IMG/VR virus record: IMGVR_UViG_3300049172_000088
Span: 19,686-83,685 of that record
DNA: 64,000 bases
Source of the DNA: a virus
Lineage: Duplodnaviria > Caudoviricetes
Direction: 5' to 3' (one strand)
Shown in pieces: positions 54,848 through 64,000 of the stretch; the first letter of the stretch is position 1; each line of letters starts with the position of its first letter. Under the pieces are notes generated by a model, which worked only from the letters and a program-made list of their open reading frames with translations, did not search any database and was not told the origin of the DNA. Both the position numbers and the translations under genes were made by a program.

Positions 54848-55741
54848 TCACTTCACCAGCGCCTGCATGGCGCGCTCAACGCCCTCGGCGAGGGACACCT
54901 TGGGCCGATAGATCTCGAACAGCCGGGAAGGATCACCGACCCGATACGCCACCCCAGCCGGGGCATCCTCACGCAGGACGAACGCGGGCTCGTACCCGGC
55001 CCCGGCGCACACGAGCTCCGCGAGCTCCCGCATGCTCGTGCCGACCCCCGTGCACAGGTTGACCGGCTCCCGCACGTCCACGTCGACCACGGCGAGCGCG
55101 CCGGCCACGACGTCGTCGATGTGGATCCAGTCGCGTACCTGGCGGCCATCGCCCCAGATCGTGAACGGGTCCTCGCGCCGCCTGGCCCGGGCCGCGAACG
55201 CGCCGAACGGCCAGGACTCGCCCTGATCGCTGCCGTAGCCCGAGAACGGGCGGACGACGTGCACGGCGAGCCCGGCCTGAGCCGCGGCCGCGGCCATCCG
55301 CTCGCCGGTCAGCTTCACCCAGCCGTAGGAGGCGTCCGGCGCGCCCACGTTGTAGCGGTCCCACCGGATCATGTCCTCCTGCAGCTCCCTCGCCGTAGCG
55401 AAGTCGTTCTGCAGGTCAACCGGGTACGCAGCGCTGGACGACAGGTACAGCACCCGCCGCTGCCGGGTGCGCACCGCCCACTCGAACATAGCGGCATCGA
55501 GCGCCAGGTCGAGGGCGAGGTTCATCGGCTGGCCATCGATCGCGGCCCGGTGCGGGGCAGTGGCCGCGGCGTGCACCACCAGGTCGTACTGCTCGGTGCT
55601 CGTGCGGAAGATGTCGTGCGCGTCGATGCCGCCGGCGTAGTCGTCGAGGTCGCACACGTAGACCGACCAGCCGCGCCGCAGCAGCTCGGCCTCCAGGTGA
55701 CGGCCAACAAATCCGGCGCTGCCGGTGACCAGGGCCCTCAT
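54848..55741 (-). CDS. NAD-dependent epimerase/dehydratase (extended SDR)
   Basis: VTGSAGFVGRHL; SSSAAY; YGWVK; RPFSGYG; RDWIHIDD. Confidence 0.92.
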   Translation of the reverse strand: MRALVTGSAGFVGRHLEAELLRRGWSVYVCDLDDYAGGIDAHDIFRTSTEQYDLVVHAAATAPHRAAIDGQPMNLALDLALDAAMFEWAVRTRQRRVLYLSSSAAYPVDLQNDFATARELQEDMIRWDRYNVGAPDASYGWVKLTGERMAAAAAQAGLAVHVVRPFSGYGSDQGESWPFGAFAARARRREDPFTIWGDGRQVRDWIHIDDVVAGALAVVDVDVREPVNLCTGVGTSMRELAELVCAGAGYEPAFVLREDAPAGVAYRVGDPSRLFEIYRPKVSLAEGVERAMQALVK

Positions 55742-56295
55742 CGGACGCCCCAGATGCCGAACTCGTACGGCAAGCCCATGGGCGTGAAGTCAGCGGTCGC
55801 GTACACGTGCTGGTGCCACCCGGCGGCCTTCAGCATGTCCTCGACGTCCTCGCGGCTCCAGGCCCAGTAGTGTTCCGGGTTCGTATCGCCCCACGCTCCG
55901 ACCGGCGTGCTGAGCACCAGCATTCCGGCGCGCTCGCGCATTCGGGCCAGCACGAAGTCCGGGTCGTCGACGTGCTCCAGCGTCTCTGAGCACACCATCA
56001 GGTTGATCTTGGGGATCTGGTCGATCGTCTGCTCGATCGGGCCGTGGTACTGGTAGCCGGGCGCGATGTCGCCGTAGTGCTTCACCTCGGCCGGCGTCGC
56101 GGTCAAGATTGCGCCGTTGCCACACGACAGGTCCGCGGCCGCCGCCACGCCGTCGCCGGCCATCCAGCGGGCCACTGCGATGGTCACGTCCACACGCAGG
56201 TGGTGGTCGCGCCAGCGTCGGTGGTCGTGCGGCGCCCGGTACAGCGCCGCCAGCTCGGCATCGGTGTAGGCCGGGCGCAGTCGCTTCCGGGTCAT
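55738..56295 (-). CDS. SAM-dependent methyltransferase
   Basis: ADLSCGNG; CSETLEHVDDP; LVLSTP. Confidence 0.85.
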   Translation of the reverse strand: MTRKRLRPAYTDAELAALYRAPHDHRRWRDHHLRVDVTIAVARWMAGDGVAAAADLSCGNGAILTATPAEVKHYGDIAPGYQYHGPIEQTIDQIPKINLMVCSETLEHVDDPDFVLARMRERAGMLVLSTPVGAWGDTNPEHYWAWSREDVEDMLKAAGWHQHVYATADFTPMGLPYEFGIWGVR

Positions 56296-56984
56296 CGCGC
56301 CACCGCCGCGCACGCGCTCTGCACGGCCAGGACCTCGGCGGCCCCGTGATCGCGCATGTGCGCCTCGAACGCCTGGCGATCGTGGGCGTACACCTCGCGG
56401 GCGTTCACCCGGCGGTAGCCGTCATCCCACGCCGCTGTACCGGCCACCGGGTGCAGGTGCTCCACGATCACGTTCGGCAGGTAGGTGATGCAGCCCGCCG
56501 CCTGACCGAGATCCCGCCAGTAGTCGTCCACGTACATGTGCCGCAGGCTGGCCGGGGCCATGTGCCCGAGCGCGCGCACTACCTGCGTGCTGATCGCCAC
56601 CTGCGTCGGCAGCCGCACTCCCTGTACGAGGTCGTCGCCGTACACGAAGCCGGGCCGCTCGGCCAGGGCCGCGAGGTAGTCGACGTCCCAGCCCGCTGTG
56701 CGTGGCCGGTGGTCGTCGCCCATGAAGCCGATCGCCATCGGCGGCCGCGGCCGGGCCAGCACTTCGGCGGCCGCGCGGTTGAGGGCTTCCACCATGGTCG
56801 TGTTGGGGCCGACCAGCGTGTCGAGGTCCTCGTAGTCCGGGCGTTCCGGATCGTCGTCGTCGATGGCGAATACGAGCTCGGTGCGCAGGCCGCAGGTTCG
56901 CTTGAACGTCGTGGCGAGCTCGTGCGCCGCAGCCGGACGTCCGCGGGACGGCACGATGACGACCAGGCCTTCGGCCTCGTTCAA
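56292..56984 (-). CDS. GT-A (GT2-like) glycosyltransferase
   Basis: VIVPSRGRP; AIDDDD; FMGDDH; HMYVDD; VEHLHP. Confidence 0.85.
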   Translation of the reverse strand: MNEAEGLVVIVPSRGRPAAAHELATTFKRTCGLRTELVFAIDDDDPERPDYEDLDTLVGPNTTMVEALNRAAAEVLARPRPPMAIGFMGDDHRPRTAGWDVDYLAALAERPGFVYGDDLVQGVRLPTQVAISTQVVRALGHMAPASLRHMYVDDYWRDLGQAAGCITYLPNVIVEHLHPVAGTAAWDDGYRRVNAREVYAHDRQAFEAHMRDHGAAEVLAVQSACAAVAR

Positions 56985-57736
56985 GCGGTCACCGCCGGAT
57001 GCGTGTAGGTGTCCTCGCCGACCCACACCTGCTTCAGGTGGGTGGTCTTGACCCGCGTGTCCACGAAGACCGGGAAGCCGCAGGTGACCGCCCGCGCGCA
57101 GAACGCCAGGTCCTCCGACAGCAGCTGGCTCGTGGTCGGGTTGGCCATGCGGGAGTACCAGTTCGGGCCGTACTTCTCAGCGACCGCCGCGAGGACCTGG
57201 CGGTGGATGACGATGCACGCCGACCCCGTCCCGGCCACCTCGACCAGCTGCTCACGCGGGTAGTCCAGCCAGGCCGTGAAGCCCTGCCGGCCGTCACCGA
57301 CCTGCGCCCACCGGTACAGCGTCGGGCACGGCCGGGTCCGGTGGCCGCCCAGCCCGTCGAGGGCGTACTCCTGCAGCGCGAAGCAGAGCGCGCCGACGAT
57401 CGGCCGCGTCTGCGGGTCGGCGGCCGCGATGAGCCGGTCCAGGGTGTCCTCGGCGAACCCCATGTCGGTGTCGGTCCAGAACAGCCACTCACCGGCGCCC
57501 TGTAGAAACTGCGCCACGGTGGCGTTGCGGGCGTCCACGATGCCGCCGGTCCCGTACCGCATCCCCAGGTAGCCGCCGCGCAGCAGCCGCTGGTGGTTGG
57601 CCAGGTCGTAGCCGAGCAGGCCCATCACGCTCTGGTGCCAGGAGTAGGCGACCTCGTGGCCGTGCACGTACGCCAGGCAGGCGGTGTCCGCGGTCGAGGC
57701 GGCCACCGGCGGGGCGGCCACCTCCGTGGCCGTCAC
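56981..57736 (-). CDS. GT-A glycosyltransferase
   Basis: ARN..V..FL...WLFWTDTDM; GTGSACI.IHR; SEDL.FC.RA...D..VKT.H.K. Confidence 0.85.
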   Translation of the reverse strand: MTATEVAAPPVAASTADTACLAYVHGHEVAYSWHQSVMGLLGYDLANHQRLLRGGYLGMRYGTGGIVDARNATVAQFLQGAGEWLFWTDTDMGFAEDTLDRLIAAADPQTRPIVGALCFALQEYALDGLGGHRTRPCPTLYRWAQVGDGRQGFTAWLDYPREQLVEVAGTGSACIVIHRQVLAAVAEKYGPNWYSRMANPTTSQLLSEDLAFCARAVTCGFPVFVDTRVKTTHLKQVWVGEDTYTHPAVTA

Positions 57737-57990
57737 TTCCCGGCCCGCGGCCGGCGTGCCTGGGTCCGCTCGCCGGGCGCCGCGGTGGCCCGCTCGACCG
57801 GCGGCTCAGGCTCTGCGGTGGGCTCGGTGCGTTCGACCGTCCGGCCGATGAACCGGTCGTCGGCCGAGAACAGGCCCGGGAACTGCTTCACCAGCGGATC
57901 GGAGGCGTCCCACGCGGTGCCGCGCGGGATGTGCCACCGCTTCCCTGCGAATGTCACGTTGACGGTGTCGGTCGCGATGACGACGTCCAT
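57733..57990 (-). CDS. Small protein after capsid
   Basis: DPLV...P.LF; VERATAAPGER. Confidence 0.6.
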   Translation of the reverse strand: MDVVIATDTVNVTFAGKRWHIPRGTAWDASDPLVKQFPGLFSADDRFIGRTVERTEPTAEPEPPVERATAAPGERTQARRPRAGK

Positions 57991-58068
57991 GATTCCTCCT
58001 CGGGTGGTGGCGGGTGGTTGGGGTTCCCGCCGGCCGACCACCCAGGCAGCCGGCGGGAAGATAAGCGG

Positions 58069-59544
58069 TTACGCCTGGTTCTGCAGCAGGCGGAAGCCCA
58101 GGTCGTTGATGCTGTTCGCGCCGTGCCGAGCCCACGCGAACCAGCCCCTCTGGCCCGTGGGGCGGTTGTTCGTCACGTCGAACATGTGCGGGATCAGCTC
58201 GACGCTCATCCCCGCCCTGTCGGCGATCAGGTAGTTCCGCCAGTCACCGACGACCAGGATGTTGCTCGCGCCGGTGGTGCCCGTGAAGTCCGGGAAGTAG
58301 CTCGCGAACTCGACCGGACGCATGCGGATCGTCTCGATGACGCCGGTCAGGTCGACGGTGACGAAACTGAGGTTGTTGCCGTTGCCGAACGACGCGACCT
58401 CGTTGCCCACGTCGTGGTTCATCACCCACGTCGCGTTCTGCTTCCACCGGTCCGGAAGGGCGCCCCACACCTTGTTGATGTCGGCGCCGCCGAACGCGCC
58501 GTCGGTGGTGACGACCACCTCGACGTTCGTGTTCGCGTCGAGCGCGGTGATGATGCCTCGCGGCTGGCCCACACCGGTACCGATGGCGAAGGAGCTCGCC
58601 TGCAGTTCGTCGTAGCCCTCCGCCAGGAGGCGGCTCATCTCCTCGGCGAACCCGGGGTAGTCCATGCCGACTTCGATGCTGTACGGGATGAAACCCCGAG
58701 CGGTGTGGATCGGCACGGTCGGCTGCGCAAGGGCCGGTGAGTCGTCGCTGACGGCCGATCCCTCCGCGTCGTACGACCAGGTCACACCGGCCGAGCTGAC
58801 GCCCTTCCACTCGTTCGTGGTGATCGTCACCTGACGGGCCAGCCGGCGGAACGGGTTCAGCGAGCCCTGCGCCGTGAGGATGATCGTCGGGTCGATCAGG
58901 ACCGGCACACCGTAGCCACCCGCCGAAGGCGTGCCCTCGTGCATGGCCCGCACCTCGGCGATCGCCCGCGCCTCCTCCTCCGTGAAGGCCGGCTGGGCGA
59001 AGTGCATCGCCTTCATGAACGCCGACCGGTAGGCCTCGGACTCCGACGCCAGCAGCATCCGGCCGATCGCACCGCCGTCGGTGTCGTCGTTCCGGGTCCG
59101 CAGCAGCCGCTCGACCTTGTCCAGCTGGTCGCTCGACAGGTGTCGGGCGTTCTCGCGCGACTCCAGGACCTTCATCGCCCGGTCCCGGACCTCGGGCCGA
59201 GACAGCGAGCGCAGCTCGGTCCCGTCCCACGGGTCCACGCGGCGCATCACCTGCGCACCGCGGGCGTCCAGGTTGCCGTCGCCGGCCTCCGTGTTGCCGC
59301 TGCGGGCGGCGAACCCGGCCACGAGAGTGCGGCGCCGCTCCCGCTCGGTCTCGCGGGCGCGCTCCTCCTCCTGGCGGGCCTGCGCCTCGTCGCGCAGGCG
59401 CACCTGCTCGGCGTGCTCGCCCTCCAGCTCGGTCCAGCGGGTCTCCTGCTCGGCGGTGAATGCCTCATCGCCGGCGGCCTCGTGAATTGAGCGCATCTCG
59501 GTCTCGATCTCACCGAGCCTGCGCAGAATCTCGTCCAGTGTCAT
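58069..59544 (-). CDS. HK97-fold major capsid protein
   Basis: N-terminal coiled-coil delta domain; GGYGVP; F..GTG.GQPRGI; GDWRNYLIADR; R.G. Confidence 0.95.
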   Translation of the reverse strand: MTLDEILRRLGEIETEMRSIHEAAGDEAFTAEQETRWTELEGEHAEQVRLRDEAQARQEEERARETERERRRTLVAGFAARSGNTEAGDGNLDARGAQVMRRVDPWDGTELRSLSRPEVRDRAMKVLESRENARHLSSDQLDKVERLLRTRNDDTDGGAIGRMLLASESEAYRSAFMKAMHFAQPAFTEEEARAIAEVRAMHEGTPSAGGYGVPVLIDPTIILTAQGSLNPFRRLARQVTITTNEWKGVSSAGVTWSYDAEGSAVSDDSPALAQPTVPIHTARGFIPYSIEVGMDYPGFAEEMSRLLAEGYDELQASSFAIGTGVGQPRGIITALDANTNVEVVVTTDGAFGGADINKVWGALPDRWKQNATWVMNHDVGNEVASFGNGNNLSFVTVDLTGVIETIRMRPVEFASYFPDFTGTTGASNILVVGDWRNYLIADRAGMSVELIPHMFDVTNNRPTGQRGWFAWARHGANSINDLGFRLLQNQA

Positions 59545-60461
59545 CAGGACGACTCCTTTGCAAGGAAGGGGTAGCGCAGGGCCCGTAGCTGGGCGGCGCG
59601 CTGTGACGGGGTGAGACCTGTCGCGTGGTGCACTACCGGGGTGTCCGGCGCGTCGGTCGGAGTGGTCGCGGCCCCCTCGGGCGCGGTGTCCTGCCGCTCG
59701 TCGACCGGCTGCTGCGGGTCGGCGGCGGGCGGGACGGCCTCGCTCTCGGAGGTGCGGAGCCCGTGCTTCGCACGGAAGTCGTTGAAGCCGCGCACGAGGA
59801 CCTCGTGGCGGCCGGTGTCGCGGCGGCTCAGGTGCTCGCCGTACCAGTCGGTGAGCCCGGCCACCTCGGAGCGCATGCCCGCGGTCGCGGCGTGGGAGGC
59901 CGGCCAGGTGACCGGGCCGGCCTCGAAGAGGCGCACCTGGAGGATGCTGCGCTCGGGCAGACCCTCCGGGTTGGCGTCCGACGGCTCGGGCTCGTGGTTC
60001 CACAGCTCGTCGACCACGTTGAACATGAAGCTGGAGCCGTAGCCGCCGGCGCGCAGTCCGGGGATGAGGTCACGGTTGTAGCTGGTGTCCAGCAGCGGCA
60101 CCTCGGCCCACACGCCGTCGGAACGTTCCTCAAGGACCTCGGGGACGCCGAGGATCTTCTCGTCGATCTGGAAGTCGTAGCCGTGGTTGAAGAACACCTT
60201 CACCCGGTCGCCGCGCTCCTGGATCGTCTTCGTGAACGCCCCGGGCAGCACCCGCTCGAGGTAGCGCCCCTCGTACCAGCTGTTGATCTCGTACCACGTG
60301 TTGAACGCGGAGAACCGCAGCACCATGACGTGCTCACCCGACGCTTCGGCGCGGGCCTCGGCATAGGCGTCGGGCTCCAGCCCTTCCGGCTCGGAAACGG
60401 CCCTCGCCAGGAGGCTGACGGGGGCGGCGTTCGCCCTCACGGTGATCAGGTCGCGCTTCAC
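59544..60461 (-). CDS. HK97 prohead protease
   Basis: FSAFNTWYEI..W.EG..LE...PGAF..T; FNHG; SSFMF.V; RLFEAGPVTWPA. Confidence 0.9.
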   Translation of the reverse strand: MKRDLITVRANAAPVSLLARAVSEPEGLEPDAYAEARAEASGEHVMVLRFSAFNTWYEINSWYEGRYLERVLPGAFTKTIQERGDRVKVFFNHGYDFQIDEKILGVPEVLEERSDGVWAEVPLLDTSYNRDLIPGLRAGGYGSSFMFNVVDELWNHEPEPSDANPEGLPERSILQVRLFEAGPVTWPASHAATAGMRSEVAGLTDWYGEHLSRRDTGRHEVLVRGFNDFRAKHGLRTSESEAVPPAADPQQPVDERQDTAPEGAATTPTDAPDTPVVHHATGLTPSQRAAQLRALRYPFLAKESS

Positions 60462-61900
60462 GGCTGCTCTTCCTCCTCTTCAAGGACGGCGCCGTCGGCG
60501 GGCCCTTCCTCGTCCTCGGGGTCGTCGTTCTCGTCGGCCTGGCCCTCGTCTTCCGGCTGGCTCTCGGCGTTCGGCTGGTCGAACTTCGTGCCGGGCGGCT
60601 GCAGCTGCACGCTGAGCAGGCCGGTGTGCACGAGGAGGCCGGAGTCCTGGGCGGCGACGGCGGCCTGTGCCGACTCGGGGGTGAAGCCCTCGCGCACGAG
60701 GTTCGCGATCGTGCCGGCCTCGACGCGGAAGATCTCGGCGGCGTCCTTCTTGTCTTCGCGCAGGAAGGCCACGTCCCGGTCGTCGTACCAGAGCTCCGCG
60801 CCCGCCCGGGCCGGCAGCAGGTTCGCCAGCGACTCGGCCGCCGTGCGCCACAGCGGCCGCAGTGTGCCATCGCCGAACCGGCGGCGGGCTTGCGCGTAGT
60901 TGCTGTACGTCGCCGACGCCAGGCCCTCCGACAGGCCCACGATGACCGGCGGCACCCCCATGGCCGCGGCCACCCTGGTCTCCCCCATGGCCTGGATCGC
61001 CTTGTACGACATCTCCTGGAAGCTGTTGCCGACCGTCTTCACGTCGGCGCCGCCACCGAGGTACAAGGTCTTGAACGCGTTGAGGGCGCCGCGGTGGTTG
61101 GACTCCATCACGGCTTTGAAGCGGGCGAACGCCTCCGGTGTCACGTCGGCGCCCATGGTGACGACCATGTTCGGGCTGGCCCCGTTCTCGAAGAAGCGCA
61201 GCTTGTGCGTGGTGGCTGCCTGATCGCCCTCGACGTCCCGGATCACCGACTGCAGCAGGCTCATGCCGCGGTAGGACGCGATCGGGTCCGGGATCGGCGC
61301 ATAGTGGCACACCTCGTCCGGCATCAACACTTCGATGCGGCCGCCGGGCGGCTGGTAGATGTACCCCAGCAGCTCGGCGTCCAGATCCCACGCCAGCAGG
61401 TCCGGATCCTCGTACGAGCCGGACACGATGGTCACCCAGTCCGGCCGCATCCGCGTGATCCGGTCACGCCCGTCGCTCCCCCGGCGGCGGGCCCCGTAGA
61501 AGGCGCCCGCCAACGTGGAGTCCTGCTCCATCCGGGTCAGGAGGTGGCCGGTCCGAGCTCCGGGCCACGGTCGCTCGAGTAGCTGTAGCTCCGGACCGCC
61601 GAACAGCGCGCCCGGGCGGCCGCGGTTGAACCCGCGCCACTGGAACCGCGCCTCGGAGAAAATCAGCAGGCGCGCGAGGAGGCACGCGAACACCACGCCC
61701 GACCGCTTGTAGGCGCCGTTGACGATGCCCTCGAAGTTGCCTTCGATCCGCTCCTGCGTGCCCGTGAGTGTCTGGTAGAACCCCAGGCCGAAGGGGTTGT
61801 CGGCGAAGAGGTTGAAGTAGTCGTCCAGCCCGAAGCGTGACTCGGCGGCAGGCCGGAACCGCTCCGCGTGCCGGGCCGTCACCCTCTCCAGCAGGCCCAT
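60458..61900 (-). CDS. HK97-family portal protein
   Basis: LLERPWP; H.APIPDP...RGMS; FFENGA.P; VA..MGVPP.IVG. Confidence 0.92.
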   Translation of the reverse strand: MGLLERVTARHAERFRPAAESRFGLDDYFNLFADNPFGLGFYQTLTGTQERIEGNFEGIVNGAYKRSGVVFACLLARLLIFSEARFQWRGFNRGRPGALFGGPELQLLERPWPGARTGHLLTRMEQDSTLAGAFYGARRRGSDGRDRITRMRPDWVTIVSGSYEDPDLLAWDLDAELLGYIYQPPGGRIEVLMPDEVCHYAPIPDPIASYRGMSLLQSVIRDVEGDQAATTHKLRFFENGASPNMVVTMGADVTPEAFARFKAVMESNHRGALNAFKTLYLGGGADVKTVGNSFQEMSYKAIQAMGETRVAAAMGVPPVIVGLSEGLASATYSNYAQARRRFGDGTLRPLWRTAAESLANLLPARAGAELWYDDRDVAFLREDKKDAAEIFRVEAGTIANLVREGFTPESAQAAVAAQDSGLLVHTGLLSVQLQPPGTKFDQPNAESQPEDEGQADENDDPEDEEGPADGAVLEEEEEQP

Positions 61901-62139
61901 CAGCGGCGAGTCCGCCCGCCCTTGGCCGCACGCGCCTGGCCGGCGTCACGCCAGCCCTCACCGAACGCGACCCACGCGATCGTCAGCCCGAGCCACACCT
62001 TGCTGATCGTCCACCCGAGGACGTACGGGATGCCCACCAGGACCGCTGCCAGCAGTCGCGCCACGGCGAGCAGGCCCTTGCGTACGTCCACGCGCCGCGC
62101 ACGCTCAGAGATCCGCTCCACGGGGATCGTCAACGCCAC
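61900..62139 (-). CDS. Small membrane protein
   Basis: Hydrophobic helices between terminase and portal. Confidence 0.6.
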   Translation of the reverse strand: MALTIPVERISERARRVDVRKGLLAVARLLAAVLVGIPYVLGWTISKVWLGLTIAWVAFGEGWRDAGQARAAKGGRTRR

Positions 62140-62149
62140 CGCCGCCCCC

Positions 62150-63631
62150 TCACTCGAAAAACGCCCACGGCTCGACCGGCGGCTCTTCCTCGGCTTGTCC
62201 CTTGGTCGCGAACCCCCAGGCCGCGAACGTCAGCGCGACCAGCGGGCAGATATCCACCGACGCGGCCTTGCTGTCCCACGCCTTCGCGTCGCCGAGCGGC
62301 CGCGTCACCGCCCCGGCCACCGCCGCGTCCAACGCCGGATGCGGCATCACGCGGACCGTCGGATCGCCCTCCTCGGGCATCACGCCGTCGACCAGCTGGC
62401 CGAACGCGTGCCCGACCTCCCGGTGCGTGGGCTTCGTGACCTCCAGCCCGAGCGCTTCCAGGTCAGCAATCAGCGACCCGGCCGGACTGCCCGCGTCGAC
62501 CACCAGCGCGCACGGGTCCCACCGCTCCACGAGCTGCTGCGCCCTGTCAGCCACCCACTTCGTGCCCGGCCGATGATCCACCACCTCGGCGTGCAGCAGC
62601 CCATCCGAGCGCCGGCCCGCCGTAGCAATTGCCGCCCAGCTCCGATCAGGGCTCACGTGGACGGCGAACGCCACCGTGCCGACCGGTTCACTGCGCTCGT
62701 CAGCGACTGCCTGCCACTTCAGCTCAGGGATAACCGACCACTGATTCGCAGCGTCCGTCGGCCAGTTCCCCACGCCGAGCCGCTCGCGCAGGAACCCCTT
62801 CACGCCCATGGACGCGTGCTCGCGGGCCACGTGCTCACGAGAGATGCGGATCCCCAGCGCCGGGTTGGCCTTGGCCCAGCTCTCCGGGTCCGCCGGGTCG
62901 TCATGCGAAGTGCAGCCGTCGCCGCACTCGGACGTGCACGGATCGATCGACCACTCGAAGTACGCCAGCGACGGATCCTTGCCGGCAACACCGCGCCGGC
63001 GCACCCGCCCGAGCTGGTCACATGGCGCGATGTCCTTGTCGCCAGGGCTGGACCCATACCAGAGCTGTGGGTTCGGCCGGGCTGAGAGCGTCGGCATGAG
63101 CGCATCGACCGCCGTGTCGGGCAGGTTGAACGCCTCGTTCAGGATCACCAGGTCGCCGGAGAAGCCACGGCCGGACCCCGTCGTTCTCGCCACGAACCGC
63201 AGCCGCTGCCCCGTGAGCAGCTCGACGCTCTCCTCGCCGTGCGAGGTGCGGATCCGCTTGACCCGGCGACGCAGCCAGTCGACGTTCTCCAACCAGAACA
63301 GCACTCGCCGGAAGTGCTCCAGCGTGGTCTTGAACTCGTGGGTGGAGTGCAGCAGCAGCTTCTCGCCGAGGACGAAGAGGCCGCCCAGCTCACGCGCTTC
63401 GAAGATCGAGTCCTTGCCGTTCTGCCGGCTCACGATGATGCCGACCTCGAACGCCGCCCACTTGCCGTCCTCGCGCTCCCCGAGCGAGTGGTGCATCACG
63501 AACTGCTGCCATGGGTCGAGCACCAAGCCGATCTGCTCGCACAGGTCGATGACCTCCTGGCCGGACGACGACCGGTACGGCGGGATCGAGCTGATCCGCG
63601 GCTCCTGGACGCCCAGCAGGGTCGCGGTCAC
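62150..63631 (-). CDS. Terminase large subunit
   Basis: LDPWQ; SRQNGKD Walker A; RGFSGDLVILNEA; SWAKANPALG; F.RERLG; DICPLVA. Confidence 0.95.
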   Translation of the reverse strand: MTATLLGVQEPRISSIPPYRSSSGQEVIDLCEQIGLVLDPWQQFVMHHSLGEREDGKWAAFEVGIIVSRQNGKDSIFEARELGGLFVLGEKLLLHSTHEFKTTLEHFRRVLFWLENVDWLRRRVKRIRTSHGEESVELLTGQRLRFVARTTGSGRGFSGDLVILNEAFNLPDTAVDALMPTLSARPNPQLWYGSSPGDKDIAPCDQLGRVRRRGVAGKDPSLAYFEWSIDPCTSECGDGCTSHDDPADPESWAKANPALGIRISREHVAREHASMGVKGFLRERLGVGNWPTDAANQWSVIPELKWQAVADERSEPVGTVAFAVHVSPDRSWAAIATAGRRSDGLLHAEVVDHRPGTKWVADRAQQLVERWDPCALVVDAGSPAGSLIADLEALGLEVTKPTHREVGHAFGQLVDGVMPEEGDPTVRVMPHPALDAAVAGAVTRPLGDAKAWDSKAASVDICPLVALTFAAWGFATKGQAEEEPPVEPWAFFE

Positions 63632-63933
63632 GCTTCCTTCCTGCGGTCCTCGCGCCGCTTCTGCAGCTCATCCACCGGATCCCCGGCCTGCTCCTGGGGC
63701 TTGGCCAGCTTCGCCAGCTCCGAGAGCGTGGCTCGCAGCTGAGCGTGCAGCATGCTCGCGGCCGCCGGCCGGATCCCGGCCCCGCTCAGCCGCTCCGCCA
63801 GATCGAGAGCGCTCGCGGCCAGCGCGGTCCCCTCCGCGATCCCCCACCGCTTCAGATCCGCCTTCACCGCGGCGACGAGGGGCTTCGCGGGGCGACTACG
63901 TGGAGTCACGGCAACCCCCTCACGGAACGTCAC
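63628..63933 (-). CDS. Terminase small subunit-like protein
   Basis: LA...LDLA.RL; DPVDELQKRR ending; coupled to TerL. Confidence 0.7.
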   Translation of the reverse strand: MTFREGVAVTPRSRPAKPLVAAVKADLKRWGIAEGTALAASALDLAERLSGAGIRPAAASMLHAQLRATLSELAKLAKPQEQAGDPVDELQKRREDRRKEA

Positions 63934-64000
63934 CAGGCCGCCCTCACGGAGCGTGACGATCTTGAGTGCGATTACTTTTCGTGATGGGGAGAGAAACGGG

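Larger units (their letters stand above)
1..64000. mobile_element. Temperate actinobacteriophage (siphovirus) genome, apparently unintegrated; truncated at both window edges
   Basis: Complete head, tail, lysis, integrase, immunity and replication modules in canonical phage order; no host housekeeping genes; intact attP-like site. Confidence 0.95.

Noticed and set aside
58069-63631. Self-targeting of own terminase, capsid or portal by array units
   Set aside because: By manual inspection no decoded unit matches these proteins; a computed scan would be needed to exclude weak or out-of-frame hits.

Overview
The whole window is a contiguous, high-GC temperate siphovirus genome of a filamentous actinomycete, cut at both window edges. 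It appears unintegrated: a symmetric attP-like site lies just upstream of a large serine integrase. Read on the minus strand the order is: terminase-portal-protease-HK97 capsid; a glycosyltransferase/methyltransferase/epimerase block; head-tail and tail genes (frameshifted chaperone, 1501-aa tape measure); lysis genes; an accessory island; integrase; a divergent repressor/Cro switch; and a long early/middle operon (RecT/YqaJ, replication initiator, RusA, sigma-like factor, WhiB, a near-perfect BldC copy, tRNA-Leu(UAA)). The standout is a candidate RNA-guided system just downstream of cro. A 1.03-kb array of strictly 5-nt-periodic GGY-NN units (18 units separated by GGCAGGC, every spacing 5n+4) lies in front of a RAMP/Cas7-like gene and a partner gene, and two further solo units occur elsewhere. 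Reading only the variable dinucleotides as codon positions 1-2 (wobble skipped) yields phage-protein motifs such as a terminase DYGTTNPF. Three units nearly, but not exactly, match this phage's own adjacent genes, which supports the gapped code from within the window. All family assignments are from motif recognition; no searches were run.
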